A stretch of DNA of 64,000 nucleotides from an uncultured delta proteobacterium (GTDB lineage: Bacteria; Desulfobacterota; RBG-13-43-22). Under the pieces are notes generated by a model. It did not search any database, was not told the DNA's origin, and saw only the letters and a list, made by a program, of their open reading frames with translations. Positions 10,737 through 21,664 of the stretch are shown one piece after another. Numbering within the stretch: position 1 is the first letter of the stretch; each line of letters begins with the position of its first letter. The stretch spans positions 64,001 to 128,000 of the forward strand of contig CAVUPH010000007.1 in the NCBI GenBank assembly GCA_963743305.1. Reading direction: 5' to 3'. Both the position numbers and the translations under genes were made by a program.

Positions 10737-13700
10737 ACCGGTAGCCACCACCCTGCTCACTCTGGGACTGGCCCTGGCCGGGATAATCGCCTTTCGGCTG
10801 CTGCCCGTATCGCCGTTGCCTCAGGTGGATTTCCCCACCATCCAGGTCTCGGCGGGCTTGCCCGGGGCGGACCCCGAGACCATGGCCACCTCGGTGGCCG
10901 CCCCGCTGGAGCGACAGTTCGGGCGCATCGCCGGAGTCACCGAAATGACCTCCACCAGCTATCGGGGCTCTACGGGCATTGTCTTGCAGTTTGACCTGGA
11001 CCGCAATATCAACGGCGCGGCCAGGGACGTCCAGGCGGCCATCAACGCCGCCCGGGGTTTTCTGCCGGCCAACCTTCCCAGCAACCCCACCTACCGCAAG
11101 GTCAATCCGGCCGATGCCCCCGTCCTGATTGTCGCCCTGACCTCGGAAACGATCGCTACGGCCAAGCTTTATGACGCGGCCTCGAGCATCATGCAGCAGA
11201 AACTTTCCCAGGTGGAGGGCGTGGGCCAGGTATTTATCGGCGGCAGTTCCCTGCCGGCCGTACGAGTGGAGTTGAACCCGACGGCCTTAAATAAATACGG
11301 GATCAGTCTGGAAGACGTTCGGGGCGTCTTGAGCCGGACCACGGTAAACCGGCCTAAAGGCCAGTTGTTTAACCAGGAAAAGACCTGGGAGATCCAGACC
11401 AACGACCAGCTCCGTACCGCGGACCAGTATCTGCCCTTGGTCATCAGTTACCGGGCCGGCGCCGCCCTCCGACTAACCGATGTGGGCCGGGTGACCGACT
11501 CGGTGGAAGACCTGCGCACCGCCGGGATGGTCAACGGAAAACCCGCGGTGATGGCGGTCATTTTTCGACAGCCCGGCGCCAACATCATCGAAACGGTCGA
11601 TCGGGTCAAGGCCCTGCTGCCCCAGCTTAAGGCCGCCCTGCCCGGGGAAGTGGAATTTTCCGTCGTTTCCGACCGGACCCCTCCCATCCGGGGTTCCTTG
11701 AGAGACGTGGAACGGGCTTTGCTGATCTCCTTCCTGCTGGTCATCCTGGTGGTCTTCGGCTTCTTAAGGAGCTTCCGTTCCACCATCATTCCGGGCGTGG
11801 CCGTGGCCGTCTCCCTGATCGGCACCTTTGGGGTGATGTACCTGTTCGGCTACAACCTGGACAACCTTTCCCTGATGGCCCTGACCGTGGCCACGGGGTT
11901 TGTGGTCGATGACGCCATCGTGGTCCTGGAAAACATTACCCGCCATATCGAAGCGGGCGTCCCCCCCCGGGAGGCCGCCTTCCAGGGGGCCCGGGAAATC
12001 GGCTTTACCGTTTTGTCCATGAGTACCTCCCTGGTGGCCGTTTTCATTCCCATCCTGCTGATGGGCGGTATGGTGGGCCGATTGTTCCGTGAGTTTGCAG
12101 TCACCCTGTCCGCGGCCATCATGGTCTCTCTGGTGGTTTCCCTCACCACCACGCCGATGATGTGCGCCGCCTTCCTCAAGTCCGGGAAAGCCGGGGCCCA
12201 TGGTCACTGGTATAAATTCAGTGAGGGCGTTTTTAACTGGATGCACCGACGCTACGAAATCACCTTGGGCTGGGCCCTGCGTCACTCCCGGTTCATGCTT
12301 CTGCTGATGCTTATGACCCTGTTGATCAACGGTGTTCCTCTTTATCGTCGTCCCCAAGGGGTTCTTCCCGGAACAGGATACCGGCCGGATTGCCGGTACC
12401 ATTCAGGCCGAACAGGACATATCCTTTCAGGCCATGCGGGCCAAGCTGGCCCAAATATTGGACATCATCAAATCAGACCCGGAAGTGGTCTATGCCGCGG
12501 GTTTTACCGGGGGCGGGGGGGGCGGAGGTTCGGCGGCCAATACCGGCCGGATGTTTATTACCCTGAAACCCTTCGAGGAGCGGACATCCACTATCGGTCA
12601 GGCGATTGCCCGGCTGCGTAAAAAACTGGTCCAGGTGCCCGGCGCCCCGACCTATCTTCAGCCGGTCCAGGACCTGCGTATCGGAGGGAGGCTCAGTAAT
12701 GCTATGTATCAATATACCCTCCAGGGTGACAATTTAGCCGACCTGACGACCTGGGCCCCCCGCATCGTTCAGCGGCTGCGCGACCTGCCGGGTCTGGTGG
12801 ATGTGAGCAGCGACCAACAGAACAAGGGGCGGGAGGCCCGGTTGGAAATCGACCGGCCTACGGCCTCGCGGCTGGGGATCACCCCCCAGATGATCGACAA
12901 CGTCCTCTACGACGCCTTTGGACAGCGGCAGGTGGCCATCAATTATACGCTGTTAAACCAATACCACTTGATCATGGAGCTGGCCCCGGAATATTGGCAG
13001 CAACCGGAAACGCTCAAAGATATTTATGTCCGCGGGACCAATCAGGCCATGGCGCCTTTAAGTGCCTTCAGCCGGTTCGAGCGCCGGGCCACTTCCCTGG
13101 CCGTCAACCACCAAAGTCAGTTCCCGGCGGTAACCCTCTCTTTCAATTTGCTGCCGGGAAAAGCGCTCGGGGAGGCCGTAACGGCTGTAGAAACCGCCAC
13201 CCATCAAATGGGAATGCCGGCCTCCATCCGGGGCAGCTTTTCAGGGACGGCTCAGGCCTTTCAGGCCTCTTTGGCCAACCAGCCCCTGCTCATTCTGGCG
13301 GCCCTGGTGACGGTTTATATCGTCCTGGGCATCCTTTATGAGAGCTATATCCATCCCCTCACCATTCTCTCCACTTTGCCCTCAGCCGGGGTGGGGGCCC
13401 TGCTGGCCCTGCTGATTTTCCGCACCGACCTAAGCATTATCGCCTTTATCGGGATTATCCTGCTGATCGGCATCGTCAAAAAGAACGGGATCATGATGGT
13501 GGACTTCGCCGTAGAGTCTGAGCGTCAGGAAGGGAAAAGCCCGGAGGAAGCCATCTATCAGGCCTGTTTGTTACGGTTCCGCCCGATCATGATGACCACC
13601 ATGGCGGCCCTGTTCGGCGCTCTCCCCCTGGCCCTGGGCCGGGGCGTAGGTTCGGAGCTTCGCCGTCCCCTCGGTATCGCCATCGTCGGCGGACTGGTTA

Positions 13701-13831
13701 TCAGTCAGATGCTCACCCTCTATACGACACCCGTCATGTATCTCTATCTTGATCGGTTCAGGCTTCGTCTGAAAGGGTTGAGGCAAAAACGCCCTCGGGA
13801 AGCCATAGGAAATAGTCCGGAAATTGTGTGA
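10708..13831 (+). CDS. mdtC: RND efflux permease, MdtC type; +1 frameshift near 12331
   Basis: ORFs 10708..12621 and 12332..13831 join ([22 protein letters not shown]) if one base at AACGGTG is removed. Confidence 0.88.
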
Positions 13832-13840
13832 GGTGACGAT

Positions 13841-15280
13841 GTGAAGATCATTACCCGGAGAATAAAGTTGATGGGGACAGCGGCGCTGTTTCTCTTGTTC
13901 GCCGCCTGCGTGGTGGGGCCCGACTATCGAAGACCCGACGCTCCCGTGCCGGAAGCCTACAAAGAAAACGCCGCTTGGAAAACGGCTCAGCCGGCCGATG
14001 CCGTCACCCGGGGGGCCTGGTGGGAAGTCTTCGACGATCCGCAGTTGAACGGCCTGGAAGAGCAAATAAACCTTTCGAATCAGACCGTCAAAGCGGCCGA
14101 GGCCCAGGTCCGTCAGGCCCTGGCGCTGGTTCAGATGGCCAGGGCCAGTTATTTTCCCTTCGTCACCGGCGGCGTCTCCTTTACGCGGTCGGAGAGTTCC
14201 GCCACTCTCACCAAGAGCCAGGCGGTCGGGGGCAGCACCACTTCGGATTATCTCTTGCCCGTCAATCTGTCCTGGGAGGCCGATGTCTGGGGACGCATCC
14301 GCCGCACGGTCGAGGCCAGCCGGGACAGCGCCGAGGCGAGCGCCGCCGATCTCGAATCCGCCCGTCTGAGCGCGCAGAGCGCGCTGGCCCAAGCCTATTT
14401 TCAATTGCGAACGGTGGACACCCAGAGGCAGCTTTTCCAGGCGACGGTTACCGCCTACCAAAAGGCGCTGCAGTTGACCCAAAACCGTTACGGCGGCGGT
14501 GTGGCGGGGAAGGCCGATGTGCTCCAGTCGCAGACGCTTCTGGAGTCCACCCAGGCCCAGCTTATCGACCTGGGCGTGCAGCGCGCGCAGTTGGAGCACG
14601 CCCTGGCGCTCCTTATCGGGAAGCCGGCGTCGGCCTTCTCACTGGCGGAGACTCCGTCTAACCTAGTCCCGCCCGCCGTACCGGTCGCCCTGCCGTCGGA
14701 GCTTCTCGAGCGAAGGCCCGACATCGCGGCCGCGGAGCGGCGAGTAGCCGCGGCCAACGCGCAGATCGGCGTGGCCACCGCCGCCTTTTTCCCGAGATTT
14801 ACCCTGGGCTTATTGGGCGGGTATGAAAGCGGCGTCGCTGCCAACTGGCTTACCTGGCCGAGTCACTTCTGGTCGCTGGGGCCGGCCCTGGCGCAGACGC
14901 TCTTTGCCGGCGGCTCGCTTCGAGCTCTGACCGACCAGGCGCGGGCGGCCTACGACGGCGCGGCGGCGTCTTACCGTCAGACCGTGCTGACGGGATTTCA
15001 GGAGGTCGAGGACAACCTGGCGGCGCTGCGTCTCCTGGAAGGGGAAGCGCGGGTGCAGGAGGCGGCGGTGCAGGCGGCGCAGCAATTGCTCACGGTGACC
15101 ATGAACCAGTACCGGGCAGGGATAGTGAGCTATCTCAACGTGATTGTGGCGCAGACGACGGCCTTGGCGAATGAACGGGCGGCGGTAGATATTGCCGGGC
15201 GGAGGATGACGGCAACGGTACTGCTCATCAAGGCCCTGGGCGGCGGGTGGGCAGCGGCAGCATCTGCGTCAGGATTATAG
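13841..15280 (+). CDS. Outer-membrane efflux lipoprotein (NodT/OprM family)
   Basis: Lipobox FAAC-VVGPDY, WEADVWGRIRR, LLERRPDIAAAE, LIKALGGGW. Confidence 0.93.
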   Translation: MKIITRRIKLMGTAALFLLFAACVVGPDYRRPDAPVPEAYKENAAWKTAQPADAVTRGAWWEVFDDPQLNGLEEQINLSNQTVKAAEAQVRQALALVQMARASYFPFVTGGVSFTRSESSATLTKSQAVGGSTTSDYLLPVNLSWEADVWGRIRRTVEASRDSAEASAADLESARLSAQSALAQAYFQLRTVDTQRQLFQATVTAYQKALQLTQNRYGGGVAGKADVLQSQTLLESTQAQLIDLGVQRAQLEHALALLIGKPASAFSLAETPSNLVPPAVPVALPSELLERRPDIAAAERRVAAANAQIGVATAAFFPRFTLGLLGGYESGVAANWLTWPSHFWSLGPALAQTLFAGGSLRALTDQARAAYDGAAASYRQTVLTGFQEVEDNLAALRLLEGEARVQEAAVQAAQQLLTVTMNQYRAGIVSYLNVIVAQTTALANERAAVDIAGRRMTATVLLIKALGGGWAAAASASGL

Positions 15281-15348
15281 CGCGGCTACCGATAGCCTGA
15301 GGGCAGACGGTTCCGGTTAAGTTCATGTTCAAAAGGGGATTAGGCCGT

Positions 15349-15930
15349 TCATCCTTTGATGCGCTGATGTTTTTTTTCGTCCCCGCCCTCCGCATCAGCG
15401 CCGGAGGAGTGCTGGACGCCGAGCAACCAAAATAAGAAGGCCAAAATCACGGTCAGGAAGAAGAGCGTGAAGGCCAGCGGTTGCCCGTGCCACAACCCGC
15501 CAAACCATTCCCGAAACTGTGTAATCAGAAGATTACCTTTGCCGCCATAGACCTCTAATTCGCGCAAATATTTTTTGGTATCTAGAAGATTGTAGCCCAG
15601 CGGGTTTGGAACGGCAGGCCCAGCGGTGACATAAACCATGATGGAACCACTCAGGCCAATAACGAAAATCATGACGGCTATCGCTTTAGCCCGGGTCGCT
15701 ATCCGTTCGAGGCCCTTGGGAGCGTATCCCTCTTTTTTGAGAAGATATTTTTGAATCGTATCTAATTCACCCCCGGAGAGAGGGTGGCCGCGCTTTCGGA
15801 GTTCCAGGGCCGCCAGTTCAACGGCTTCCAGTCGATATTTTGAATAATGGGCTATATATTCCTTAAGTTCCGCATCTGAAAGAGTGGGGATCCTGGTATA
15901 AAATGGTTCTGCCATTGGCTTCCTGATCAA
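15349..15930 (-). CDS. Hypothetical membrane protein (2 TM)
   Basis: ORF with two hydrophobic helices. Confidence 0.55.
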   Translation of the reverse strand: MIRKPMAEPFYTRIPTLSDAELKEYIAHYSKYRLEAVELAALELRKRGHPLSGGELDTIQKYLLKKEGYAPKGLERIATRAKAIAVMIFVIGLSGSIMVYVTAGPAVPNPLGYNLLDTKKYLRELEVYGGKGNLLITQFREWFGGLWHGQPLAFTLFFLTVILAFLFWLLGVQHSSGADAEGGDEKKHQRIKG

Positions 15931-16012
15931 TGGAGGCTTCGTCTTATGGGGTGGGTACCCCCCCCGAGATCTGACGAGGCCGTCCAGTCTCGGCGAAAGG
16001 GTTTTCCCTATC

Positions 16013-16872
16013 TCAATTTAACTGGAAAGTCACATAGGACAGTTCCGCCTCCCGTTCCACTTGGAGGACCACGTAGCTGCCGGGTTTCAGGTGATGCAAG
16101 GCCGAATAAAGCGACTCGAGGCTGCTGATGGCCGTTCCATTCAGGGCGTGAATGATGTCCCCGGTGGTCAGGGAGTTCTTGGTCAACCCCCCGGATGCGG
16201 CCGTTTTGGCTACCACGACGACTCCGGAGCCCTGACGAATCCCCGGAAGGAGCGAAAGGACCTTTTCGTCGACGTTGAGGCCCACAATCCCCAATTTTCG
16301 CACCAGGTTCTTTTCAGGGTCCGCCAAATCAAACAGACGATCTACGTTTTCATGGTGCTCAATGACCTCCACGTCGAAGGACAACTTCTTCGTTCCACGC
16401 AGGACCTCCATTTTGACGTTCTCCCCGGGGTTGACTAGAAAGAAGCTGATTCCAAAAAGGGGGAGATTGTCGACCGGTCTCCCCTTGACCGTCAGTTGGT
16501 GACGATAAAGCCATCGGGATCGATGATGGCTCCAGATCCAATGCCTCGTTGTTTGCCAAAGACCAAACTCCCTGCTCGATGACTTTCATCATCCAAAGGC
16601 TTGAATCCTGTGACCAGTACCTGGACCACACTCGGGGAAACCTTTCTTACCAGGGCTTCCACGGAAGCATTGAATTGAATGAGGGCTTCGGGAGCCTGAG
16701 CCTTCTGGGCCGAATGGGCCCGCAACTCTCCGGCCAGCAAGGCGCACCCTACGCTGAAGATTACGAGACCTGGTCGCATCCTGCTCAGTCGAAACAACAG
16801 TCCTTGAAATCGGATCCACCCGAAATTCCCCACGTACAAGACCGGATTCCCCACTTTATTTTCAGCGATCAT
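16013..16872 (-). pseudogene. HtrA/DegP-like protease with catalytic domain deleted
   Basis: N-part ends GSGAIIDPDGFIVTN* before the catalytic His; another frame continues directly with PDZ sequence (LTVKGRPV...GDIIHALNG). Confidence 0.8.
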
Positions 16873-16952
16873 CCTTCGCCTCTCTAGTCTGCGCTGGGTC
16901 CCTTGGTTCTATCTGGGAAAAGTATAGGGTAAGAAAAAAGACCGGTCAACTT

Positions 16953-17282
16953 CTAAAAGATGGAATAGGTAATGATGCCGCAGACCGCCACCATCAAAAT
17001 CAAACCCAGGATGAAGGCCCCATCGGCAATTTTTTCCAGGCGATGCATTCGACGAAGACTGCGCATTCGCAAGGCCCAATAAGCACAAAGACAGGAGCAG
17101 AGAAAGAAAAGGGCGTCGAGAGAAAGAAGGTCGTCGGCCAAGGTATTGATCTTCTGGGTGGAAATGACCACGCGAATCAGTCCGATAACCGTTAGGCAGA
17201 CGCCGACCATGGCGGCGGATACCGAAAAAAGGTGGATGGAAATGTCCTCTTCGAGCGGTTTAGGCATTCTGAGCTGAGGCAT
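16953..17282 (-). CDS. Small membrane protein (3 TM)
   Basis: Hydrophobic 109-aa ORF, SAAMVGVCLTVIGL. Confidence 0.6.
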   Translation of the reverse strand: MPQLRMPKPLEEDISIHLFSVSAAMVGVCLTVIGLIRVVISTQKINTLADDLLSLDALFFLCSCLCAYWALRMRSLRRMHRLEKIADGAFILGLILMVAVCGIITYSIF

Positions 17283-17372
17283 AGGTTCGGTCTCCAGGCG
17301 TGATCCGGGGGGAAAGGTGGTCCAGTCGGGTAGGAAGCGCCTTTCCCCGTAGTGATCAAGGATGCTTAGGGG

Positions 17373-17822
17373 TTATGGGGTAGCTTCTTCCTTTTTAGGT
17401 GATTTACCGACAAATTCCGGATAGAGTAATTGCAGACAGTCAGGGCAAATAGAATGGCTAAACTTCGCCAGAGAATTTGCACTGATATAGTCTTCGAGGG
17501 TCTTCCAGTCCACATCCTGTCTAATCTTTTTGCATTTTGCACCAATGGGGATAAAACCCTCAAGAATCCTGATTTCCTTCACTAATTTTTTTTGAAAATA
17601 CCAAAAAGAAGAAGCGAGAACCAAGAAATAAATTACGACCTCAAATATAGCTTCGCCTCTGCGGTGGGAGAATTGTGTTGGTTCGTCGCCGAATAGGTAA
17701 TGGGGTAAGTCCAAAAGCTCATTGGCTATGGTCAAAAAAACAAATACGGTCAGCATAGCTAAAAATACCATCCAGATTTTCTTGTGAGCCCGTAAAGGCA
17801 ATGGATTATGACTTTTTGACAT
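17373..17822 (-). CDS. Membrane protein with C-terminal Cys-rich domain
   Basis: 2 TM helices then GFIPIGAKCKKIR...FSHSICPDC; GGAGG RBS. Confidence 0.7.
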   Translation of the reverse strand: MSKSHNPLPLRAHKKIWMVFLAMLTVFVFLTIANELLDLPHYLFGDEPTQFSHRRGEAIFEVVIYFLVLASSFWYFQKKLVKEIRILEGFIPIGAKCKKIRQDVDWKTLEDYISANSLAKFSHSICPDCLQLLYPEFVGKSPKKEEATP

Positions 17823-17843
17823 GGATCTGCCCTCCCTAGGGGT

Positions 17844-19946
17844 TTAATCAAATGCGGAGGCGACGATTTGCTGAAGGTCCTTCGGAGTGGTGGCCCCGAG
17901 GGCCTCCTGGGCCAGGGCTCGCGCCTGATCAATCGTCACCTGTCGGATAGCGTGACGTACCCGCGCCGCCAAAAATGGATTCAGACTGAGGTCCGTCACG
18001 CCCAGGCCCACCAACAGGCAGGCGACCACGGGATCACTGGCCGCTTCCCCGCAGACGGTTACCGCCACCCCCTGGTTCACGGCAGCACGGACTATCCGCT
18101 CCGTGGCCCGCAGCACGGAGGGATAGAGAAATGAAAGCACCCCCGAAGGTCCCTGCGATCCACGGTTCAGGGCCAAGATGGAGTGGGCGAGATCGTTGGT
18201 CCCGATGGAGACAAAATCCGCGATTTGCAGAATTCCCTGGATATCAAAGGCCGCGGCCGGAGTCTCGATCATGGCCCCGATAGGCGGTCGTTGGCTCAGT
18301 TGCTCGCTTTGCATTACTTCGTCCACCAAGCGGCAAGCCTCGCTCAAATCCGCCACGCCTATGACCATCGGGAACAAGATTTTCACGTCACCCCTTGGTG
18401 CGGCTCGGAGGATCGCCAGGATCTGGGTGCGGAACATGGTTTTCTCGGCCAGGGAATAGGCCAGACCGCGCAGGCCGGCGCGCAAAGCCAGATCGGTGGC
18501 GATGCCGTCAAAGCGCGGCATCTTGTCCCCCCCGAGATCCATCGTGCGGATGACGACCGGCCGCGGAGCAAGCAGGCCGGCCACCTCGGAATAGGCCGCT
18601 GTTTGCGTTTCCAGGTCCGGCGGTCGTTCCGCCTCCAGAAACAGGAACTCCGAGCGAAACAGGCCTACGCCATCCAGTCGATGCTCCAGGACTAGACAAG
18701 CTTCATCCGGACGGCCGATATTCGCCTGTAACCCGATCGCGACACCATCCTTGGTGATACAGGGCTGGATCGGCTCCTGCACGGTGGCCGCCCTGAACAG
18801 GGCGGATTGTGTCTGACGCGCCGCAAAGCGCGCCTTCTGGGCCGGGGTCGGGGCTACCGTAACGGTCCCCGCTTCGGCATCCACCAGCAACCGGTCCCCG
18901 GAGGCCAGCAGCGAGGTGGCGTCCTTGATGTCGCAGACGGCGGGAATATGTCTGACCCGGGTCAGGATCGCGACATGCGACGCGGGGCCCGTTCTCTCGG
19001 TGACGATGGCGGCGACGAGGGCCGGATCGATCTGCAGCGCATCAGACAAAAGGAGTTCTTCAGAGACTAAAATGGTTCCCGGCGGAAGGGCGGACAGGCG
19101 GTTCGAGGCCGAATGATCCGAAGTTCTGAGGTGGCGTAGAACTTGATGCCCCAAGTCGCGCACGTCAGCGCTGCGCTCCCGCAGGAATTCCTGTTTCAAC
19201 CCTTGGAGCCGCGCCTGCATCTCTCGGACCTCTGCCAGTACAGCCTGTTCAATCCCCACCAGATCCTGAGACACGCGCCGTTTGCATTGCTTCGTAAAGG
19301 AGGGGTCTTTGAGCATGGCCAGACGCATCTCCACCAGAGCGATCTCATCGTCTGCCTTTTGGCGTTCAAACCGCTTCCGAAGGGTATCCAACTCGTGGAT
19401 TGACGCCGTCAAGGCGCGGTCAAAGCGGTCACCCTCCGACTGCACCTCCTCCGGAGAAATGTTTGGCTCGCCGAGTGCGGATTCAGGCTCCGGCAGGTAG
19501 ACCACGGCCACTCCGTCGGCTAAGCCAGGGGAAACCCCGCGGCCTTGCATGGTCGTGCCTACCAATCGGGAAAAGGCGCGAAGATGCTGCATCTCTTCGT
19601 CCTTCGTCGTCAGGTCTTTTTTGATCTGTCTGGTCTCAATGGCTTTTCGGCCTACTAAGTAGGCATACAATGACAAGGCGAGCACTTCAATCGCGGCATT
19701 GATGCTTTCCAAGGGAAGTAATTCAGGTACCCGCCAATAGACTTCAAAATAGACCCTCAGCAGCGGAAGCCAGACGGATAAGACATAGGCCAGAGTCCTT
19801 CTGCCCATCCAGGCCGCCAGGCCAATCGGCAGAACATAAAGGAGAGGAAAGCGGATATCTCGTCCCGTGACCAAGTCAACGGACAAGGTAACCAGCGTGA
19901 CGAGTAGGCAAACGACCGTGGGGTTCCTCTCGGTGAGCTGTTTCAT
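17844..19946 (-). CDS. PEP-protein phosphotransferase (PTS Enzyme I-like) with N-terminal membrane domain
   Basis: TGPASHVAIL phospho-His loop, GVGLFRSEFLF, RTMDLGGDK, MIETP, SIGTNDL, VCGE; ~100-aa hydrophobic N-terminus; start uncertain (19946 or 20003). Confidence 0.85.
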   Translation of the reverse strand: MKQLTERNPTVVCLLVTLVTLSVDLVTGRDIRFPLLYVLPIGLAAWMGRRTLAYVLSVWLPLLRVYFEVYWRVPELLPLESINAAIEVLALSLYAYLVGRKAIETRQIKKDLTTKDEEMQHLRAFSRLVGTTMQGRGVSPGLADGVAVVYLPEPESALGEPNISPEEVQSEGDRFDRALTASIHELDTLRKRFERQKADDEIALVEMRLAMLKDPSFTKQCKRRVSQDLVGIEQAVLAEVREMQARLQGLKQEFLRERSADVRDLGHQVLRHLRTSDHSASNRLSALPPGTILVSEELLLSDALQIDPALVAAIVTERTGPASHVAILTRVRHIPAVCDIKDATSLLASGDRLLVDAEAGTVTVAPTPAQKARFAARQTQSALFRAATVQEPIQPCITKDGVAIGLQANIGRPDEACLVLEHRLDGVGLFRSEFLFLEAERPPDLETQTAAYSEVAGLLAPRPVVIRTMDLGGDKMPRFDGIATDLALRAGLRGLAYSLAEKTMFRTQILAILRAAPRGDVKILFPMVIGVADLSEACRLVDEVMQSEQLSQRPPIGAMIETPAAAFDIQGILQIADFVSIGTNDLAHSILALNRGSQGPSGVLSFLYPSVLRATERIVRAAVNQGVAVTVCGEAASDPVVACLLVGLGVTDLSLNPFLAARVRHAIRQVTIDQARALAQEALGATTPKDLQQIVASAFD

Positions 19947-20274
19947 GGAACGCAGAGCAGTGGTCAGGTGTGCTTCCCTCCTCCTACCATTAGCCGCCAA
20001 CAATAGTTGGGTTCATCCACAGATTAGAGAATATTGTTCAATAAATCATTATTACCATTAGGGGCACAGGACCATAAAAAGGTTAAATAACCGATTAAAA
20101 ACCCCGGTTTCGTCCGCCCTAAAACCTCCCTTTTTCAATTACAGAATAGACTCATTATGCCAAGCGAGGAAAGCAAATTTAACCTAATGAAAAACTTCCT
20201 GGTCCAACCCATCATGACTAGGTAAGATTTGAGGATGTTTTATTGTCCAATTCAACCTGAAGAGGAGGATCCGT

Positions 20275-20784
20275 ATGAAAAAGATCGTTGTTTTCTTGCT
20301 TATCTGTTCGATGCTTGTTCTATTTGTTCCCGCCAAACAAGTGGAGGCTCGCGGCGGGTTAGGGTGGTTACTTCCCGGATTGATTATCGGCGGGGCCATC
20401 GGCTGGAGCCTAACCCCTCGATATTACTACCCACCGCGTTACTATTATCCGCCTCCAGCCTATTATTATCCCCCGCCCGCCTATGACTACCCGCCCCCGG
20501 CCTATAGTTCACCTCCGCCCCCACCCGATACCGCTTCGAGGGAAAGTGATCAGGCGTCGAAGTCAGGGGGCCGGATCTTCATCTATCCTCGCCAAGGTCA
20601 AACCGAGGAAAAATTAGAGCGTGATCGCAACGATTGCCACAACTGGGCCTTGGGCCAAACCGGATACGACCCAACCAAGCCGCCGCCCAGCGATATGTCT
20701 CCTGTTCAGATAGAACAAGAAAGTGCGGATTACCAGCGGGCCGTGGGGGCCTGCCTGGATGCCCGGGGATACACGGTCAGATAA
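20275..20784 (+). CDS. Exported proline-rich protein
   Basis: Signal peptide, (YYPPP)n repeats, IYPRQGQ...DCHNWA...CLDARGYTV domain. Confidence 0.75.
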   Translation: MKKIVVFLLICSMLVLFVPAKQVEARGGLGWLLPGLIIGGAIGWSLTPRYYYPPRYYYPPPAYYYPPPAYDYPPPAYSSPPPPPDTASRESDQASKSGGRIFIYPRQGQTEEKLERDRNDCHNWALGQTGYDPTKPPPSDMSPVQIEQESADYQRAVGACLDARGYTVR

Positions 20785-20822
20785 TGGAAGTTCGAATTGT
20801 TTCTCAGAAAGGAGAAAATACA

Positions 20823-21266
20823 ATGAAAACCAGGAGTAAGATAGTATCGCTGCTTGTTCTGACGGTTTTTTGCTTCACCGCCTATGAGGCCTACGCCTTC
20901 GGGGGCCCCGGCAGACGAGGGTTTGAGGGGAGGCATTTGAAATGGGTCTTGGCCAAAAGCGGGTTCCCGCTGACCGACGACCAGAAATCCCGGATCAAGG
21001 AAATATTTCAGCAAAACCGGGAACAGCTTAAGGCCGCCCGGACCGCTCTCTTCCAAGCACGCCGGGATCTTCACACAGCTGCTTTAGCCGATCAACTTTC
21101 GGACGAACAAATCAAAGGCCAGGTTGATGCCTCTCTAGTGCCTCAAATCACTAAGATGGCTGAAAACCGAGCCGTGATTTATAATCAAATCCTCTGGACT
21201 GTGTTGACCCCGGACCAACGGACGGCGCTGCAAGCCCAGGCCAGTTCCCAGCAGGCCCAGCCCTAA
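20823..21266 (+). CDS. Spy/CpxP-family periplasmic chaperone
   Basis: Signal peptide plus two LTxxQ motifs (LTDDQK, LTPDQR); AGGAG RBS. Confidence 0.8.
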   Translation: MKTRSKIVSLLVLTVFCFTAYEAYAFGGPGRRGFEGRHLKWVLAKSGFPLTDDQKSRIKEIFQQNREQLKAARTALFQARRDLHTAALADQLSDEQIKGQVDASLVPQITKMAENRAVIYNQILWTVLTPDQRTALQAQASSQQAQP

Positions 21267-21284
21267 GGGCGGCTTAGCTTGACC

Positions 21285-21329
21285 AAAGGGGTCAGGGGTG
21301 CTTTTTTTCTTTGCCCCTGATCCCTTTTT
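21285..21329 (+). terminator. Rho-independent terminator
   Basis: AAGGGGTCAGGGG...CCCCTGATCCCTTTTT stem followed by a T-run. Confidence 0.6.
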
Positions 21330-21403
21330 ATTGGGGGATATAGAAGATTTGCTCAAGCTAAGGTCCAGCCGATCGCCTTAATCCTCGTCCTAGGGAATTT
21401 AAA

Positions 21404-21432
21404 TTGACTTTCTAAGGCAGTTCGCCTAAATT
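21404..21432 (+). promoter_or_regulatory. Promoter of the tRNA
   Basis: TTGACT-17 nt-TAAATT. Confidence 0.55.
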
Positions 21433-21445
21433 AGATAGTTTGGGT

Positions 21446-21521
21446 GGGCCCATAGCTCAGTTGGAAGAGCCACCGGCTCATAACCGGAAGGTCCCTGGTT
21501 CGAGGCCAGGTGGGCCCACCA
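21446..21521 (+). tRNA. tRNA with CAT anticodon, probably tRNA-Ile2 (lysidine-modified)
   Basis: GGGCCCA/TGGGCCC acceptor stem, TAGCTCAG D-arm, CCGG-CTCATAA-CCGG, GGTTCGA T-loop, encoded CCA; lacks initiator features. Confidence 0.93.
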
Positions 21522-21664
21522 TTGATTATTTCAAACTCTGAAGATTAACATTAAAAATGATGCTCCATCAAAATGACAAAAAGAGAATCCCCAAACCGCT
21601 CAGGGGATGGGAGGACAAGAAAAGGGTGCCACGGTAATCGGGCGCCCTTTTTGTTTAATAGCGG

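Noticed and set aside
8360-14844. Long antisense and alternate-frame ORFs over the RND operon (also over dnaG, the cytochrome and yyaL)
   Set aside because: Typical shadow ORFs of GC-rich genes, with no motifs or RBS.
16490-16500. TGA after IVTN in degP as selenocysteine
   Set aside because: It is not a Cys position, and the downstream homology is in a different frame and a different domain.
20420-20525. Short tandem repeats resembling a CRISPR or VNTR
   Set aside because: They encode YYPPP repeats in a proline-rich protein; no constant repeat-spacer structure and no cas genes in the window.
21446-21521. Initiator tRNA-fMet call
   Set aside because: It has a paired G1-C72 and lacks the three consecutive G-C pairs (GGG/CCC) in the anticodon stem.
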